From an uncultured Bacteroidales bacterium (GTDB taxonomy: Bacteria > Bacteroidota > Bacteroidia > Bacteroidales > ML635J-15): DNA of 64,000 nt. Positions 19,610 to 30,327 of this stretch are shown here, piece by piece (positions within the stretch are counted from its first letter, which is position 1; every line of letters begins with the position of its first letter). The notes beneath the pieces are model-generated. The model was given only the letters and a program-made list of their open reading frames with translations, was not told the origin of the DNA and ran no database searches. A program made the translations under genes and the position numbers. The stretch spans positions 705,764-769,763 of the forward strand of contig CAJOIT010000003.1 in assembly GCA_905234755.1 (NCBI GenBank). Reading direction: 5' to 3'.

Positions 19610-19638
19610 AAAAGGGGCAGAATAAACCTGTCCCTTTT
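19610..19638. terminator. Bidirectional intrinsic-type terminator hairpin
   Basis: AAAAGGGGCAG/CTGTCCCTTTT forms a stem of about 11 bp with one mismatch and loop AATAAAC. A/T runs flank it on both sides. It lies between convergent genes. Confidence 0.65.
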
Positions 19639-19681
19639 GCATGATATATCCCCAATAATACTTTTTCTAAAACCAAAGCCC

Positions 19682-20893
19682 CTATTCCACCATCAGCGCA
19701 TTTATTTTTTCCTTCGACTGGTTTATCTTGCACATAAGACTATCGAACCATGCCGGTTTTATGGTGTTAGCAATGTCACTCACTGTGGAGCGTTTAGATT
19801 CTTTTCCCTTTTCTGTCAAAACTTCGGTTTCTGGTTCCGGCTTTACCTCGACAACTGGCTCTGCAACAATAGTTTCCGTATAGGCATTGGCTTCCAAGAC
19901 ATTGAAAAGAGAAACAAGTTTTTCGTACGAAACCGTATCGAAGCAATTGCACTCGAAGTTTGTCATCATTTGGAACAAAACATTGGAGCCAACTACTGGC
20001 AAGCCTCTGAATACCACCTCTTCTACCCCACAATCCTTGATTTCATCGTAAAGCATGGAAAACTCATGTCTAAGCATTTCCCTGATTTCAAACGACAAGT
20101 CGGTCAGTTTTACATTCTTCTTCACATCATCGAACACTGGCACGGAAATTTCGTAATGCACATATTGCTGCGGAACGGTTACGAAACCATACAACTCCAT
20201 GAGTTTTCGGCAGTTGCGATATGAAAGTCCAAACGCATCGCTCAATCTGCGGACTACATCATTAAGCCCAAACTGAAACCTTATCGTTCGCTTCACATTT
20301 CCACCAGAAAAGATACTAATGTCTGAAAATCTGTCAAATACAGAAACCACAGCATTGTATCCACGATAATTTTTAGCAGTGCCATTGTACAAGCAGATGT
20401 CAGGCACAACCGAAGAAACTTTGATTCCGAACTTTGATAGATTAGAAACAAGAGCAGACAGACGACGAGAATCCCAATAAAGGAAAGTCTTGCGTTTCAA
20501 ATACTTGCACAACAACGGAATATCTTCCAACCTCTTGCACGACTTGCCATCGCACTCGTAGTCGGTATGAACATCGAAATAGTTTGTTGCATCGGTGTCG
20601 CCTACACTAGAAAGCGGTGTCGAAAAATTGCGAATCTTGTACTTCTCATCCTTCTTTGAGCGCACTCCAGGCATCACCTGCTCGCCAAAATGATAATAAG
20701 CACTCGGCAAAACCAACTTTACCGCCGAAATACTATTGCTGCTCCCCTTTGCAAAACTGCTAATCACAGCAGATACATATTCGTTGAAATTACTATAGTC
20801 GTCACCGCAAAAATCCATTCTCAAAGATTTTTCATTTTCTGTAAAGAACTCTATCCTATTCTCCGACACCAACACAAAAGCTTCGTTTTTCAT
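19682..20893 (-). CDS. Divergent FtsA/PilM-like actin-fold protein (orphan, outside any dcw cluster)
   Basis: 403 aa. The segment VVSVFDRFSDISIFSGGNVKRTIRFQFGLNDVVRRLSDAFGLSYRNCRKLMELYGF aligns by eye to the FtsA/PilM domain 2A pattern (DiGggtT..GG..it.Dia..l....AE.iK), but with degenerate phosphate-binding residues. Acidic linker and amphipathic C-terminal tail. Confidence 0.4.
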   Translation of the reverse strand: MKNEAFVLVSENRIEFFTENEKSLRMDFCGDDYSNFNEYVSAVISSFAKGSSNSISAVKLVLPSAYYHFGEQVMPGVRSKKDEKYKIRNFSTPLSSVGDTDATNYFDVHTDYECDGKSCKRLEDIPLLCKYLKRKTFLYWDSRRLSALVSNLSKFGIKVSSVVPDICLYNGTAKNYRGYNAVVSVFDRFSDISIFSGGNVKRTIRFQFGLNDVVRRLSDAFGLSYRNCRKLMELYGFVTVPQQYVHYEISVPVFDDVKKNVKLTDLSFEIREMLRHEFSMLYDEIKDCGVEEVVFRGLPVVGSNVLFQMMTNFECNCFDTVSYEKLVSLFNVLEANAYTETIVAEPVVEVKPEPETEVLTEKGKESKRSTVSDIANTIKPAWFDSLMCKINQSKEKINALMVE

Positions 20894-21099
20894 ACCTTAT
20901 ATTTTTAAATTTTAACTTAAATTACTTAACCTTTCTATCCAATTATCATTTAACCATCACGCATAAATGATTTAAAACGACGCAAAAATACACTCATAAT
21001 AAATTATAATTCAACAATTTAAACAATACTTAATTAAGTTTAAGCAAATTTTCGCTTAAATATTTTTAATTTGCTTTGTTTAATTAAATTTAAATTTAT

Positions 21100-21107
21100 T
21101 AAATTTG
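21100..21107 (+). promoter_or_regulatory. Bacteroidota -7 promoter box (TAnnTTTG)
   Basis: TAAATTTG lies 27 nt upstream of the ATG at 21135. Confidence 0.5.
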
Positions 21108-21134
21108 CATCCGCTTAAAAAACTTAAAATTTAA

Positions 21135-22217
21135 ATGAACTTAAAACGCACAAGCTACAGCAACGAGATAATGCTACTTCTAGCGAAGACATTGTCGGTG
21201 CATACTGTTTCGTGCGTTCACCAGACAAACAACGGAATAAGGAAATCGTGGCTCGATGAGAACCTTCTTTCACACGATGACGGAATAATCTCGACCATCG
21301 ACATTGAAAAGCGCAAGCAGACAAAAAACAAACGCACATCGTGGGAAACTACGGAAAACCGCGACAGCATTCTCTTCGAAGACCAGAATCTGACGCTTTG
21401 CATTAGGCACCAGTCTCCTATCGACAACCTTGACGACCTGTATTTTGTAACCGTCAGGCCGACTCTCGGAAGTCTCAACATCATGGTAAGCGGTGGATAC
21501 GAGACAAAAATGTCGGTGCAGGACAAGGAAATAATAGCGGCACTTTGCTATTCGGTCACAAAATCGCTGATAGACATATTAAAGCAAAGCGAATCCAAGA
21601 TGCAAATGCTAATTGAATACATCAAGCACAAGGACAGAACAATATCCGCAATGAAACGAGAAATGGAAATTCCTGCTGACAAGACCATGAAGATTGTCAA
21701 GGAAAAGCTTGTCGCTCTTGGAAGACAATTCGGAAAGGATTTTTCGCTAACCAAAGATGCAGAAGCAGTTGTAAGCGAATATGCTGGCGACAATATGGAA
21801 CCATTGATCAATGCTCTCGAACGGGCTGCAAGCTTAAAGGCCGAAGTGTATGACAATTCGCAGATTGAAATAGACGATACCGACATTTTGGTAAAGCACG
21901 ATGCACCAAGCGAAACATCGGTTGCAAGACAAGAAAGCGTACTCGAAAAACGGCATTCAAAAATCATTGCATACCTTGAACGTCTCGAAGATGCCTACAA
22001 TACAACCAAGGATCGCGGGCAAAGGCCTACCGCTGTTAACATCGCCGAAGCTCTTGGCGTTTCATCTGCATCCATTACAATGTGGTTCAAGAAGCATTCC
22101 GAAGATGCAAGACGGCTCTGCGAAGCAAATGTCAACCTCTGCCCAAATACACGCCGTCAATTTGAACCTCTCAAGGAAGCCATTGCCGGCAAAAGGAACA
22201 TAGAAAAATCCGCATAA
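21135..22217 (+). CDS. Hypothetical protein with C-terminal Fis-type helix-turn-helix
   Basis: 360 aa. [25 protein letters not shown] resembles the Fis/NtrC-family HTH_8. The N-terminal 250 aa are unrecognised. The stop overlaps the yidD start (TAATG). Confidence 0.5.
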   Translation: MNLKRTSYSNEIMLLLAKTLSVHTVSCVHQTNNGIRKSWLDENLLSHDDGIISTIDIEKRKQTKNKRTSWETTENRDSILFEDQNLTLCIRHQSPIDNLDDLYFVTVRPTLGSLNIMVSGGYETKMSVQDKEIIAALCYSVTKSLIDILKQSESKMQMLIEYIKHKDRTISAMKREMEIPADKTMKIVKEKLVALGRQFGKDFSLTKDAEAVVSEYAGDNMEPLINALERAASLKAEVYDNSQIEIDDTDILVKHDAPSETSVARQESVLEKRHSKIIAYLERLEDAYNTTKDRGQRPTAVNIAEALGVSSASITMWFKKHSEDARRLCEANVNLCPNTRRQFEPLKEAIAGKRNIEKSA

Positions 22218-22495
22218 TGCCAATAATTAGAAAAATATTGACATTCCCATTCGTTTTGCTGATTCAAATCTATAGGAAACTCATATCTCCCCTCCTGCCC
22301 AATTCGTGCCGTTACACGCCAACCTGCTCGGCATACGGACTCGATGCATTTCGCAAGCATGGACTATTGAAAGGCTTCTTCCTAACCGCAAGACGAATAT
22401 TAAGTTGCAACCCTTGGGGCGGCAGCGGCTACGATCCAGTTCCAGACGAATGCACATGGAAATATGTATTCGGAAAAAGGGAAAAACAATGTTGA
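22217..22495 (+). CDS. yidD: Membrane protein insertion efficiency factor YidD
   Basis: [31 protein letters not shown]...[17 protein letters not shown]. Confidence 0.9.
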   Translation: MPIIRKILTFPFVLLIQIYRKLISPLLPNSCRYTPTCSAYGLDAFRKHGLLKGFFLTARRILSCNPWGGSGYDPVPDECTWKYVFGKREKQC

Positions 22496-22548
22496 TAAAA
22501 TTCTATTAAAGGCTTGTCAGCATGCCGAAGCCCAATCGTTTTTTTGCT

Positions 22549-22556
22549 TAACTTTG
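22549..22556 (+). promoter_or_regulatory. Bacteroidota -7 promoter box (TAnnTTTG)
   Basis: TAACTTTG lies 16 nt upstream of the ruvB ATG. Confidence 0.5.
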
Positions 22557-22572
22557 CAAAAAAATATTCACT

Positions 22573-23595
22573 ATGAACAATTATGTACGTCCGGAAGAGG
22601 AAACCATGTCGTCGGCTGAAAAAGAGTTTGAAAAAGCTCTGCGACCGCTCGATTTTGAGGACTTCAACGGACAAAATAATATTGTCGAGAACCTGAAGGT
22701 CTTCGTAAAGGCAGCCAAACTGCGCGAAGAAGCACTCGACCATGTCTTGCTGCACGGCCCTCCAGGTCTTGGTAAGACTACTTTGGCAAACATTATTGCA
22801 AACGAACTTGGCGTAGGTTTCAAGACCACATCAGGTCCAGTTCTCGACAAGCCTGGCGACTTGGCAGGTCTGCTCACAAGCCTAGAAAAGAACGATGTAC
22901 TTTTCATTGACGAAATCCACCGTCTGAATCCGCTTGTCGAGGAATACCTTTATTCCGCTATGGAAGATTTCCGCATCGACATACTTATTGACAAAGGTCC
23001 TGCCGCACGTTCGGTGCAGATTCCACTCGAGCCGTTTACGCTCATCGGTGCGACAACCCGTTCCGGATTGTTAACCAGTCCGTTGCGTGCGCGTTTTGGC
23101 ATCAACTGCCATTTGCAGTACTATACCGCCGACATTCTCTGCAAGATTGTAAAGCGTTCGGCATCATTGCTAAACGTGGAAATCTCAGAAGAAGCAACAT
23201 ACGAAATTTCGCGCCGAAGCCGTGGTACACCACGTATTGCAAACTCACTGCTCCGCCGCGTACGCGACTTTGCGCAGGTAATCGGCAACGGAAGCATCGA
23301 CCTTGCCATTGCAAAACACTCGCTGTCAGCTCTCAACATCGACCAATACGGACTCGACGAGCAGGACAACAAGATTCTGCTTACTATCATCGAGAAGTTC
23401 GGTGGCGGTCCTGTTGGACTGAAGACCATTGCAACCGCTGTCGGCGAAGACGAAGGCACATTGGAGGAAGTTTACGAACCATTCCTTATTATGGAAGGTT
23501 TCATCAAACGCACTCCGCGTGGTCGTGAAGCTACCGAAAAGGCCTACAAACATTTGAATAAGTTTATGCCGGGAAAGCAGGAAACATTATTTTAA
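22573..23595 (+). CDS. ruvB: Holliday junction branch migration helicase RuvB
   Basis: [29 protein letters not shown], and [18 protein letters not shown]. Confidence 0.97.
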   Translation: MNNYVRPEEETMSSAEKEFEKALRPLDFEDFNGQNNIVENLKVFVKAAKLREEALDHVLLHGPPGLGKTTLANIIANELGVGFKTTSGPVLDKPGDLAGLLTSLEKNDVLFIDEIHRLNPLVEEYLYSAMEDFRIDILIDKGPAARSVQIPLEPFTLIGATTRSGLLTSPLRARFGINCHLQYYTADILCKIVKRSASLLNVEISEEATYEISRRSRGTPRIANSLLRRVRDFAQVIGNGSIDLAIAKHSLSALNIDQYGLDEQDNKILLTIIEKFGGGPVGLKTIATAVGEDEGTLEEVYEPFLIMEGFIKRTPRGREATEKAYKHLNKFMPGKQETLF

Positions 23596-23613
23596 TTACA
23601 ACAAAAGACAACT

Positions 23614-25731
23614 ATGCCACGAAGAAGCAACGACGATAATTTGGGACGCGACAAGAAAACCCTGACAACAGGAATAATGGGCGTTTTCTACGAAAATCCC
23701 AACAAGGAATTCAACTACAAGCAAATTTCCACAAAACTTGGCTATACAGAACCATCATCGCGCACATTGATAAACCAAGTGCTTTGCGAACTGACAAAGG
23801 CTGGCACACTCAAGGAAACTTCGCGCGGAAAGTTCAAACTGAAAGCTAAGTCGGGAAAGGTTGTTGGTATTCTGGAGATTACAAAGACTGGCAATGCCTT
23901 CGTAACCAGCGAAGAATTGTCGGAGGACATTTTTGTTTCGTTCAAGAATTTGAATTCCGCTTTCGATGGAGATACAGTGAAAGTCAGTTTGTATGCCCGC
24001 AAGTCAAGCAGCCATCTCGAAGGGGAAGTTGTTGAGATTGTCCGCAGGGCAAGAACGCAGTTTGTCGGCACAATTCGCACTGCTGGTCATTATTCGTTTA
24101 TGATTCCCGACAGCCAGAAGGTTATGTACGACATCCTTATTCCTTCCGACAGACTTATGGGTGCAAAAGAAGACCAGAAAGTGCTTGTCGAGATTGAGGA
24201 ATGGCCCAACGGTCGTCAGAATCCTGTGGGAAAGGTGATTGAAGTGCTTGGCGAAGCTGGCGACAACAACACCGAAATGCACGCTATCCTAGCAGAGTAC
24301 GGACTTCCAGCAAAGTTTTCGCAAGATATTGAGAACGAAGCCAATAAAATCAAATTTGAAATAACCGACTACGACCTTAAAACACGTGAGGATTTCCGCA
24401 ATGCACCGACCTTCACTATCGACCCGGCCGATGCAAAGGACTTTGACGATGCTCTTTCGTTCGAAAAACTAGACAATGGCAATTATAGAATAGGTGTGCA
24501 TATCGCCGATGTCACCCACTATATGCGCGAAAACACTTCGCTCGACGACGAGGCATTCAACCGCGCAACATCTGTTTATCTTGTTGACCGCACAGTGCCG
24601 ATGTTGCCCGAAAGGTTGTGCAATTTCCTTTGCTCGCTTCGTCCCAACGAGGAAAAGTTCTGCTTCTCTGCAATTTTTGAAATGAACGACAATGCTGAAG
24701 TGTTGAGCTTCAAGCCAGCGAAAACCATAATTTCATCTGACCGCCGTTTCGCATACGAAGAAGCACAAGAAATTATTGAAACAGGCAAAGGTGATTTTGC
24801 AGAAGAAATATTGAAACTCAACGAATTGGCAAAGAAATTGCGTTCGGCACGATTCCAGAAGGGTGCATTCAACTTTGAGCATAAGGAAGTTAAGTTTGTG
24901 CTTGACGAAAAAGCCCGTCCCGTGAGCGTTTACTTCAAGGAGGCAAAGGAAGCCAACAACCTGATAGAAGAATTTATGCTTCTGGCGAACCGCAATGTAG
25001 CCGAAATGATTGGCAAGAAGCACAAGCCGTTTGTATATCGTGTTCACGCAGAACCGAACTACGACAAGTTATCTAACTTTTCTTCTTTCATTGGCAGATT
25101 CGGATATTCCATTGATATGTCAAACAGCATTGCGTTGTCCAATTCGCTTAACGGACTAGTTAACAATGTAAAAGGCAAGCCTGAGCAGAACATCATTGAA
25201 AACCTTGCAATCAGAGCAATGGCAAAGGCAGTTTATTCCACCAAAAACATTGGACACTACGGACTTGCGTTTGACTTTTATTCACATTTTACCTCGCCTA
25301 TACGTCGTTATCCAGATGTGATGACACACAGATTGCTTTACGCATACATGCGCAACCAAACTCCCGATACAGAAGATTTGGAAGCAAAGTGCAAGCATTG
25401 TTCGTTCAAGGAGCAGCAGGCGGTTTTGGCGGAGCGCAGTTCAATAAAGTACAAGCAAGCAGAATTTTTGCAGGACAAGATTGGTTTTGTTTTCGATGGT
25501 GTCATTTCAGGCATTCAGGAATATGGATTCTTTGTAGAATTGAAGGATTCAGCATGCGAGGGACTTGTCCATGTTCGCACCTTGATGGATGACGAATACG
25601 AATTCTTTGCCGAGGAATATTGCCTTCAAGGAGTTGATACAGGCAAGATTTTCAGACTAGGAGACGAGGTAAAAGTTCGCATTTCGGATGTGAACCTCGA
25701 AAAGAAGCAAATTGATATGGAATTGGCATAA
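23614..25731 (+). CDS. rnr: Ribonuclease R
   Basis: 705 aa. RNB motifs FTIDPADAKDFDDALS, YLVDRTVPMLPE and HYGLAFDFYSHFTSPIRRYPD. C-terminal S1 domain. Confidence 0.95.
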   Translation: MPRRSNDDNLGRDKKTLTTGIMGVFYENPNKEFNYKQISTKLGYTEPSSRTLINQVLCELTKAGTLKETSRGKFKLKAKSGKVVGILEITKTGNAFVTSEELSEDIFVSFKNLNSAFDGDTVKVSLYARKSSSHLEGEVVEIVRRARTQFVGTIRTAGHYSFMIPDSQKVMYDILIPSDRLMGAKEDQKVLVEIEEWPNGRQNPVGKVIEVLGEAGDNNTEMHAILAEYGLPAKFSQDIENEANKIKFEITDYDLKTREDFRNAPTFTIDPADAKDFDDALSFEKLDNGNYRIGVHIADVTHYMRENTSLDDEAFNRATSVYLVDRTVPMLPERLCNFLCSLRPNEEKFCFSAIFEMNDNAEVLSFKPAKTIISSDRRFAYEEAQEIIETGKGDFAEEILKLNELAKKLRSARFQKGAFNFEHKEVKFVLDEKARPVSVYFKEAKEANNLIEEFMLLANRNVAEMIGKKHKPFVYRVHAEPNYDKLSNFSSFIGRFGYSIDMSNSIALSNSLNGLVNNVKGKPEQNIIENLAIRAMAKAVYSTKNIGHYGLAFDFYSHFTSPIRRYPDVMTHRLLYAYMRNQTPDTEDLEAKCKHCSFKEQQAVLAERSSIKYKQAEFLQDKIGFVFDGVISGIQEYGFFVELKDSACEGLVHVRTLMDDEYEFFAEEYCLQGVDTGKIFRLGDEVKVRISDVNLEKKQIDMELA

Positions 25732-25762
25732 AAAAACAGCAGCCGACTTTTGCCGACTGCTG
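25730..25762 (-). terminator. Intrinsic terminator of secA (hairpin + U7 on the minus strand)
   Basis: CAGCAGCCGAC-TTTT-GCCGACTGCTG (9 of 11 pairs). On the minus strand it is followed by T7 (25736-25730), which overlaps the rnr stop codon. Confidence 0.7.
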
Positions 25763-25830
25763 GAAATCTTTCTATTAAATGCTGTCCTTCGACTCCGCTC
25801 AGGAAGCAGTTCAGCATGCCCATCTGGGTT

Positions 25831-28800
25831 CTATTCAGCATCTCCCATCATTGCGCCGTGGCAATTCTTGAATTTCTTGCCGCTACCGCATGGACAAGGA
25901 TCGTTTCTACCGACCTTCTTCTCAACGCGAACTGGCTCGTTCTTCTGCTTGCCTGCACTCGGGTCGTTGTACTGCGGACGGTTGCCACCAACTTCCTCAC
26001 GACCTGTGCGCATACGGCTTGTATCCAACTTCTGGCGCGGCTGACGAGCTTCCTTAACCTCATCCGGATTCGACATCGGAATGTAAGCCTTCATCAGAAT
26101 TGAAATGATTGAACGATTAGTCTTGTCAAGCATTTCCTTGAAAATGTTGTACGATTCGAGCTTGTATATCAGCAACGGATCTTTCTGCTCGTATGATGCG
26201 GCACGAACCGACTGGCGCAAATCGTCCATCTCGCGCAGATGTTCCTTCCACGATTCATCAATGTTGCGCAGAACAGCAGTCTTGTCGTAAGCGTGAACAA
26301 TCTCCTCACCCTTTGTCTGGTATGCCTTCTCCAAGTTCACAACCACATTGTACTGCTTAACGCCATCGGTAATCGGAACAATGATGTTCTTGTACATATT
26401 GCCCTTGTTCTCGAACACATACTTTATGGTCGGATATGCCTGTTCAGCAATCTGCTGTGCTTTGCGCTTGTGAGTTTCGCGAAGCGTTTCGTACAGATAG
26501 TCAACAAGTTCGTTGCGCGACATATTGTCGTATTTATCTTCACCAAGTTCAATGTCTATTGCAAGTGTCTTGAATACTTCAAACTTGAACTCATCGTATG
26601 TATAGTTTCCGTAGCATTCATCAACAAGCGAAACGCACACATCGTTCATCATGTTTGCAATATCGGCGCCAAGACGTTCTCCGTCGAGTGCATTACGACG
26701 CTTTTTGTATATTACGGTACGCTGTGCATTCATTACGTCATCGTACTCAAGCAAGTGCTTACGAATACCAAAGTTATTCTCCTCTACCTTCTTTTGAGCG
26801 CGCTCAATTGACTTCGAAATCATTGAATGCTGAATTGCTTCGCCTTCAACGTGTCCCATTCTATCCATAATAGAAGCTATCCTGTCGGAACCGAACAAAC
26901 GCATGAGATTGTCCTCGAGCGAAACGAAGAACTGCGAAGAACCCGGGTCACCCTGACGACCAGCACGACCACGCAACTGACGGTCAACACGACGAGACTC
27001 GTGACGCTCGGTACCAATGATTGCCAAACCTCCAGCCTCACGAACTTCGGGCGACAACTTAATATCGGTACCACGACCTGCCATGTTGGTTGCAATGGTT
27101 ACCGTACTAGACTGACCTGCTTCGGCAACAATATCAGCCTCGCGCTTGTGCAACTTGGCGTTCAACACATTGTGCTTTATGCCCTTGCGAGTAAGAATCT
27201 TACTCAACAATTCGGAAACTTCAACCGATGTAGTACCAACAAGCACAGGACGACCAATCTTAACCAAACGCTCAATTTCATCGATTACGGCTGCATACTT
27301 TTCCTTGGTTGTCTTGTAGATAAGATCTTCGTAATCGTTACGAATTACAGGCTTATTGGTTGGAATTGTCACAACATCAAGTTTGTATATGTCCCAGAAT
27401 TCGCCAGCCTCTGTTTCTGCAGTACCAGTCATACCTGAAAGTTTGTGGTACATTCTGAAATAGTTCTGCAAGGTGATTGTTGCGTAGGTTTGGGTTGCAG
27501 CCTCGACCTTTACATTTTCCTTCGATTCCACAGCCTGATGCAAGCCATCCGACCAACGGCGGCCTTCCATAATACGACCGGTCTGCTCGTCAACAATCTT
27601 TACCTTGTTGTCGATAATTACATAGTCAACATCTTTTTCGAACATTGTGTATGCCTTAAGCAACTGGTTTATAGTATGGATACGTTCAGACTTTATTGAA
27701 TAGTCGCGGATAATTTCGTCCTTTTTCTGTAATTTTTCTGGTGTCGGAAGATTTTCCTTTTCAAGTTCGGCGAGAGAAACACCGATGTCGGGCATCACGA
27801 AGAAATTAGAATCCGATGTCGAATTAGCCAGCAAGTCGAAACCTTTGTCGGTAAGGTCAACCGAGTTTAGTTTTTCATCGATAACGAAATACAAATCATC
27901 GGTAGCAAGATGCATCATCTTGTTGTTGTCCTGCATGTAGAAGTTTTCGGTCTTCTGCAACAATGCCTTCATGCCCTGTTCAGACAAGAACTTGATGAGA
28001 GCCTTGTTCTTTGGCAAAGCCTTGTAAGCCTGCAACAGCTTGAAACCGCCATCCTTCAAGTTAGCTTCCATGATAAGTTTCTTGGCATCGTTGAAAATCT
28101 TGTTGAACAAATCCTTTTGTGCTGCGACAAGTTGCTGAACCTGCGGTTTCAAATCATCGAAAAGCTGATCGTCGCCCTTAGGTGTAGGACCCGAAATAAT
28201 CAAAGGTGTACGAGCATCATCGATAAGTACCGAGTCGACCTCGTCGACGATTGCATAATTGTGTTTGCGCTGAACCAAATCGGCTGGCGAAAGTGCCATA
28301 TTGTCGCGCAGATAGTCGAAACCGAACTCGTTGTTTGTACCGAAAGTAATGTCTGATGCGTAAGCCTTGCGACGAGCTTCGCTATTGGGTTCGTGCTTGT
28401 CGATGCAATCAACAGATAGACCATGGAACATATATAATGGTCCCATCCATTCGGAGTCACGTTTTGCAAGGTAATCGTTCACTGTTACAACATGTACGCC
28501 CCTGCCAGTAAGTGCGTTAAGGAATACCGGCAAGGTTGCCACGAGGGTTTTACCTTCACCTGTCGCCATTTCCGCTATCTTTCCCTGATGCAGTACGATA
28601 CCACCGATAAGCTGCACATTGTAGTGGACCATATCCCATGTCACCATGTTACCACCGGCAACCCACGAATTCTTCCAGATGGCCATGTCGCGGTCAATTG
28701 TCACAAAGTCGTTTGTTGCAGCCAAATCGCGGTCAAAGTCGGTTGCTGTAACCACAACCTCTGCATTTTCCTTGAATCTGCGGGCAGTTTCCTTCAATAT

Positions 28801-29136
28801 CGAAAATGCCTGCGGAAGAATGGTCATAAGGTGGTCTTCGATTTTCTTGTCAATCTTCTCCTCTATCTTGTCAATCTCGTTGAACACTTCCTCGCGTTCC
28901 CAGATGTCCAAGCCCTGAGCCTTTTCCCTCAGTTCTGCAATCTGCTTTTCTTCACCACTTATATGCTCGTGAATGCCTTTTCTCAATTCTTGAGTGCGTG
29001 CGCGGAGTTCATCGTTCGACAAAGCCAGGAATTCATTTTCCAAAGCAAGCACTTCGTTAAGTATCGGTGTCAGTGCCTTCAAGTCGCGTTCCGACTTGGT
29101 ACCGAACATCTTAGACAAAAAACTTATTATACCCAT
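25831..29136 (-). CDS. secA: Preprotein translocase ATPase SecA
   Basis: The ORF extends to 29382, but the conserved SecA N-terminus [20 protein letters not shown] starts at 29136 (1101 aa). Motifs are [14 protein letters not shown] and [19 protein letters not shown], plus the C-terminal zinc motif [14 protein letters not shown]. Confidence 0.97.
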   Translation of the reverse strand: MGIISFLSKMFGTKSERDLKALTPILNEVLALENEFLALSNDELRARTQELRKGIHEHISGEEKQIAELREKAQGLDIWEREEVFNEIDKIEEKIDKKIEDHLMTILPQAFSILKETARRFKENAEVVVTATDFDRDLAATNDFVTIDRDMAIWKNSWVAGGNMVTWDMVHYNVQLIGGIVLHQGKIAEMATGEGKTLVATLPVFLNALTGRGVHVVTVNDYLAKRDSEWMGPLYMFHGLSVDCIDKHEPNSEARRKAYASDITFGTNNEFGFDYLRDNMALSPADLVQRKHNYAIVDEVDSVLIDDARTPLIISGPTPKGDDQLFDDLKPQVQQLVAAQKDLFNKIFNDAKKLIMEANLKDGGFKLLQAYKALPKNKALIKFLSEQGMKALLQKTENFYMQDNNKMMHLATDDLYFVIDEKLNSVDLTDKGFDLLANSTSDSNFFVMPDIGVSLAELEKENLPTPEKLQKKDEIIRDYSIKSERIHTINQLLKAYTMFEKDVDYVIIDNKVKIVDEQTGRIMEGRRWSDGLHQAVESKENVKVEAATQTYATITLQNYFRMYHKLSGMTGTAETEAGEFWDIYKLDVVTIPTNKPVIRNDYEDLIYKTTKEKYAAVIDEIERLVKIGRPVLVGTTSVEVSELLSKILTRKGIKHNVLNAKLHKREADIVAEAGQSSTVTIATNMAGRGTDIKLSPEVREAGGLAIIGTERHESRRVDRQLRGRAGRQGDPGSSQFFVSLEDNLMRLFGSDRIASIMDRMGHVEGEAIQHSMISKSIERAQKKVEENNFGIRKHLLEYDDVMNAQRTVIYKKRRNALDGERLGADIANMMNDVCVSLVDECYGNYTYDEFKFEVFKTLAIDIELGEDKYDNMSRNELVDYLYETLRETHKRKAQQIAEQAYPTIKYVFENKGNMYKNIIVPITDGVKQYNVVVNLEKAYQTKGEEIVHAYDKTAVLRNIDESWKEHLREMDDLRQSVRAASYEQKDPLLIYKLESYNIFKEMLDKTNRSIISILMKAYIPMSNPDEVKEARQPRQKLDTSRMRTGREEVGGNRPQYNDPSAGKQKNEPVRVEKKVGRNDPCPCGSGKKFKNCHGAMMGDAE

Positions 29137-29160
29137 ATATTGTTCTTTTATTTTAAGGTG

Positions 29161-29168
29161 CAAAGTTA
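29161..29168 (-). promoter_or_regulatory. Bacteroidota -7 promoter box (TAnnTTTG) for secA
   Basis: The minus strand reads TAACTTTG, 24 nt upstream of the ATG at 29136. Confidence 0.5.
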
Positions 29169-29260
29169 CCACTTTTATATGAATTGCGTTGATTTTTTTT
29201 GTTGTTTTGCAAACAAAGTCAAACGATTTGAAAGTATAACACAACAAACTGAATACTAAA

Positions 29261-30256
29261 ATGTTCAATAGAAAAATTTTCTGGGGAATAATAGCACTGG
29301 CAATCATTTCTGCATCGTGCAGCCGAAATGCCGAATATATAAAGTACAGCGGACCTACACAGGGAACAATGTTCAACATCACCTACCACAGCAATGTGAA
29401 CTACAACAAGGAAATCGACAGTCTGCTCGACAATTTCTGCCGTTCATTGTCCAACTACGACAGCACCTCGCTCATTTCGCGCATAAACCGCAACGAAACC
29501 GATTCGCTGGATGCTCTTACCGAAGAATTTTTCAGGGTTTCGAAAGAAGTATGGGAAAACACTGGCGGAACATTCGATGTTAGCGTCGCTCCCATTGTCA
29601 ACGCTTGGGGATTCGGTTGGGTTCGCCACGAAAAGCATATCCCAGACAGCATCGAAATCAATAGTCTGCTACAACATGTAGGACTTGGCAAAATAGATAT
29701 TGCAAACGGCAAAATCATAAAACAAGACCCCGATGTACAAATAATTACAAATGCCATTGCACAAGGAATGTCTGTCGATTATGTTTCCGATTTTTTCAAG
29801 AGCAAGGGAATTACTGATTTTTTGGTAGAGATTGGCGGTGAAATATACTGCTCCGGCAAAAACGCCAAAGGCGAAAACTGGAAAATAGGCGTTGACAAGC
29901 CAATCGAAGGCAGTGGTTACGAATACCGTGAAAACCAAATTGTCATTCAACTTTCCGACATGGCTGTAAATACATCGGGCAACTACCGCAAATTTTTGGA
30001 AGAAGGCGAGAAAAAATATGGTCATTCCATCAATCCACTCACTGGCTATCCTGCCGAAAACGAGATGATTAGCGCAACTGTCGTCTATCCCGACTGCATC
30101 CGCGCCGATGCTTACGCCACCGCATTCATGGTGATGGGATCCGAAAAAGCAATGCAAATCGTTGAAAGCATAGATGGCATGGAAGCCTATTTCATTATAC
30201 ACGATGGGGAAGAAACAAAAACAGTTGAATCTAGCGGATTTAGGAAATACGAATAG
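29261..30256 (+). CDS. apbE: FAD:protein FMN transferase (ApbE family lipoprotein)
   Basis: Lipoprotein signal (IISASC). Motifs [38 protein letters not shown], and [12 protein letters not shown]. Confidence 0.9.
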   Translation: MFNRKIFWGIIALAIISASCSRNAEYIKYSGPTQGTMFNITYHSNVNYNKEIDSLLDNFCRSLSNYDSTSLISRINRNETDSLDALTEEFFRVSKEVWENTGGTFDVSVAPIVNAWGFGWVRHEKHIPDSIEINSLLQHVGLGKIDIANGKIIKQDPDVQIITNAIAQGMSVDYVSDFFKSKGITDFLVEIGGEIYCSGKNAKGENWKIGVDKPIEGSGYEYRENQIVIQLSDMAVNTSGNYRKFLEEGEKKYGHSINPLTGYPAENEMISATVVYPDCIRADAYATAFMVMGSEKAMQIVESIDGMEAYFIIHDGEETKTVESSGFRKYE

Positions 30257-30262
30257 GTTTAT

Positions 30263-30305
30263 AAAAAAGAACAGAACGACAAAAGTTGTTTTATTGTTCT
30301 GTTCT
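30263..30305 (-). terminator. Intrinsic terminator (10-bp stem + U5 on the minus strand) between convergent genes
   Basis: AGAACAGAAC (30268-77) / GTTCTGTTCT (30296-305) with an 18-nt loop. A run at 30263-68 gives the U-tract on the minus strand. Confidence 0.65.
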
Positions 30306-30327
30306 CTATCATCAATTTTTCAAAATG

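Noticed and set aside
20894-21134. Chromosomal replication origin (AT-rich 240-bp spacer)
   Set aside because: There is only one weak partial DnaA-box-like sequence (TCTATCCAA). There is no cluster of TTATCCACA boxes, and no dnaA, dnaN or other origin-linked genes are nearby. Ordinary divergent promoter and operator DNA is more likely.
29137-29382. N-terminal 82-codon extension of the secA ORF (listed ORF 25831-29382)
   Set aside because: The conserved SecA N-terminus ([20 protein letters not shown]) begins at 29136. The extension contains the TAACTTTG -7 box (29168-61), overlaps the apbE gene on the other strand, and has no SecA-like sequence.
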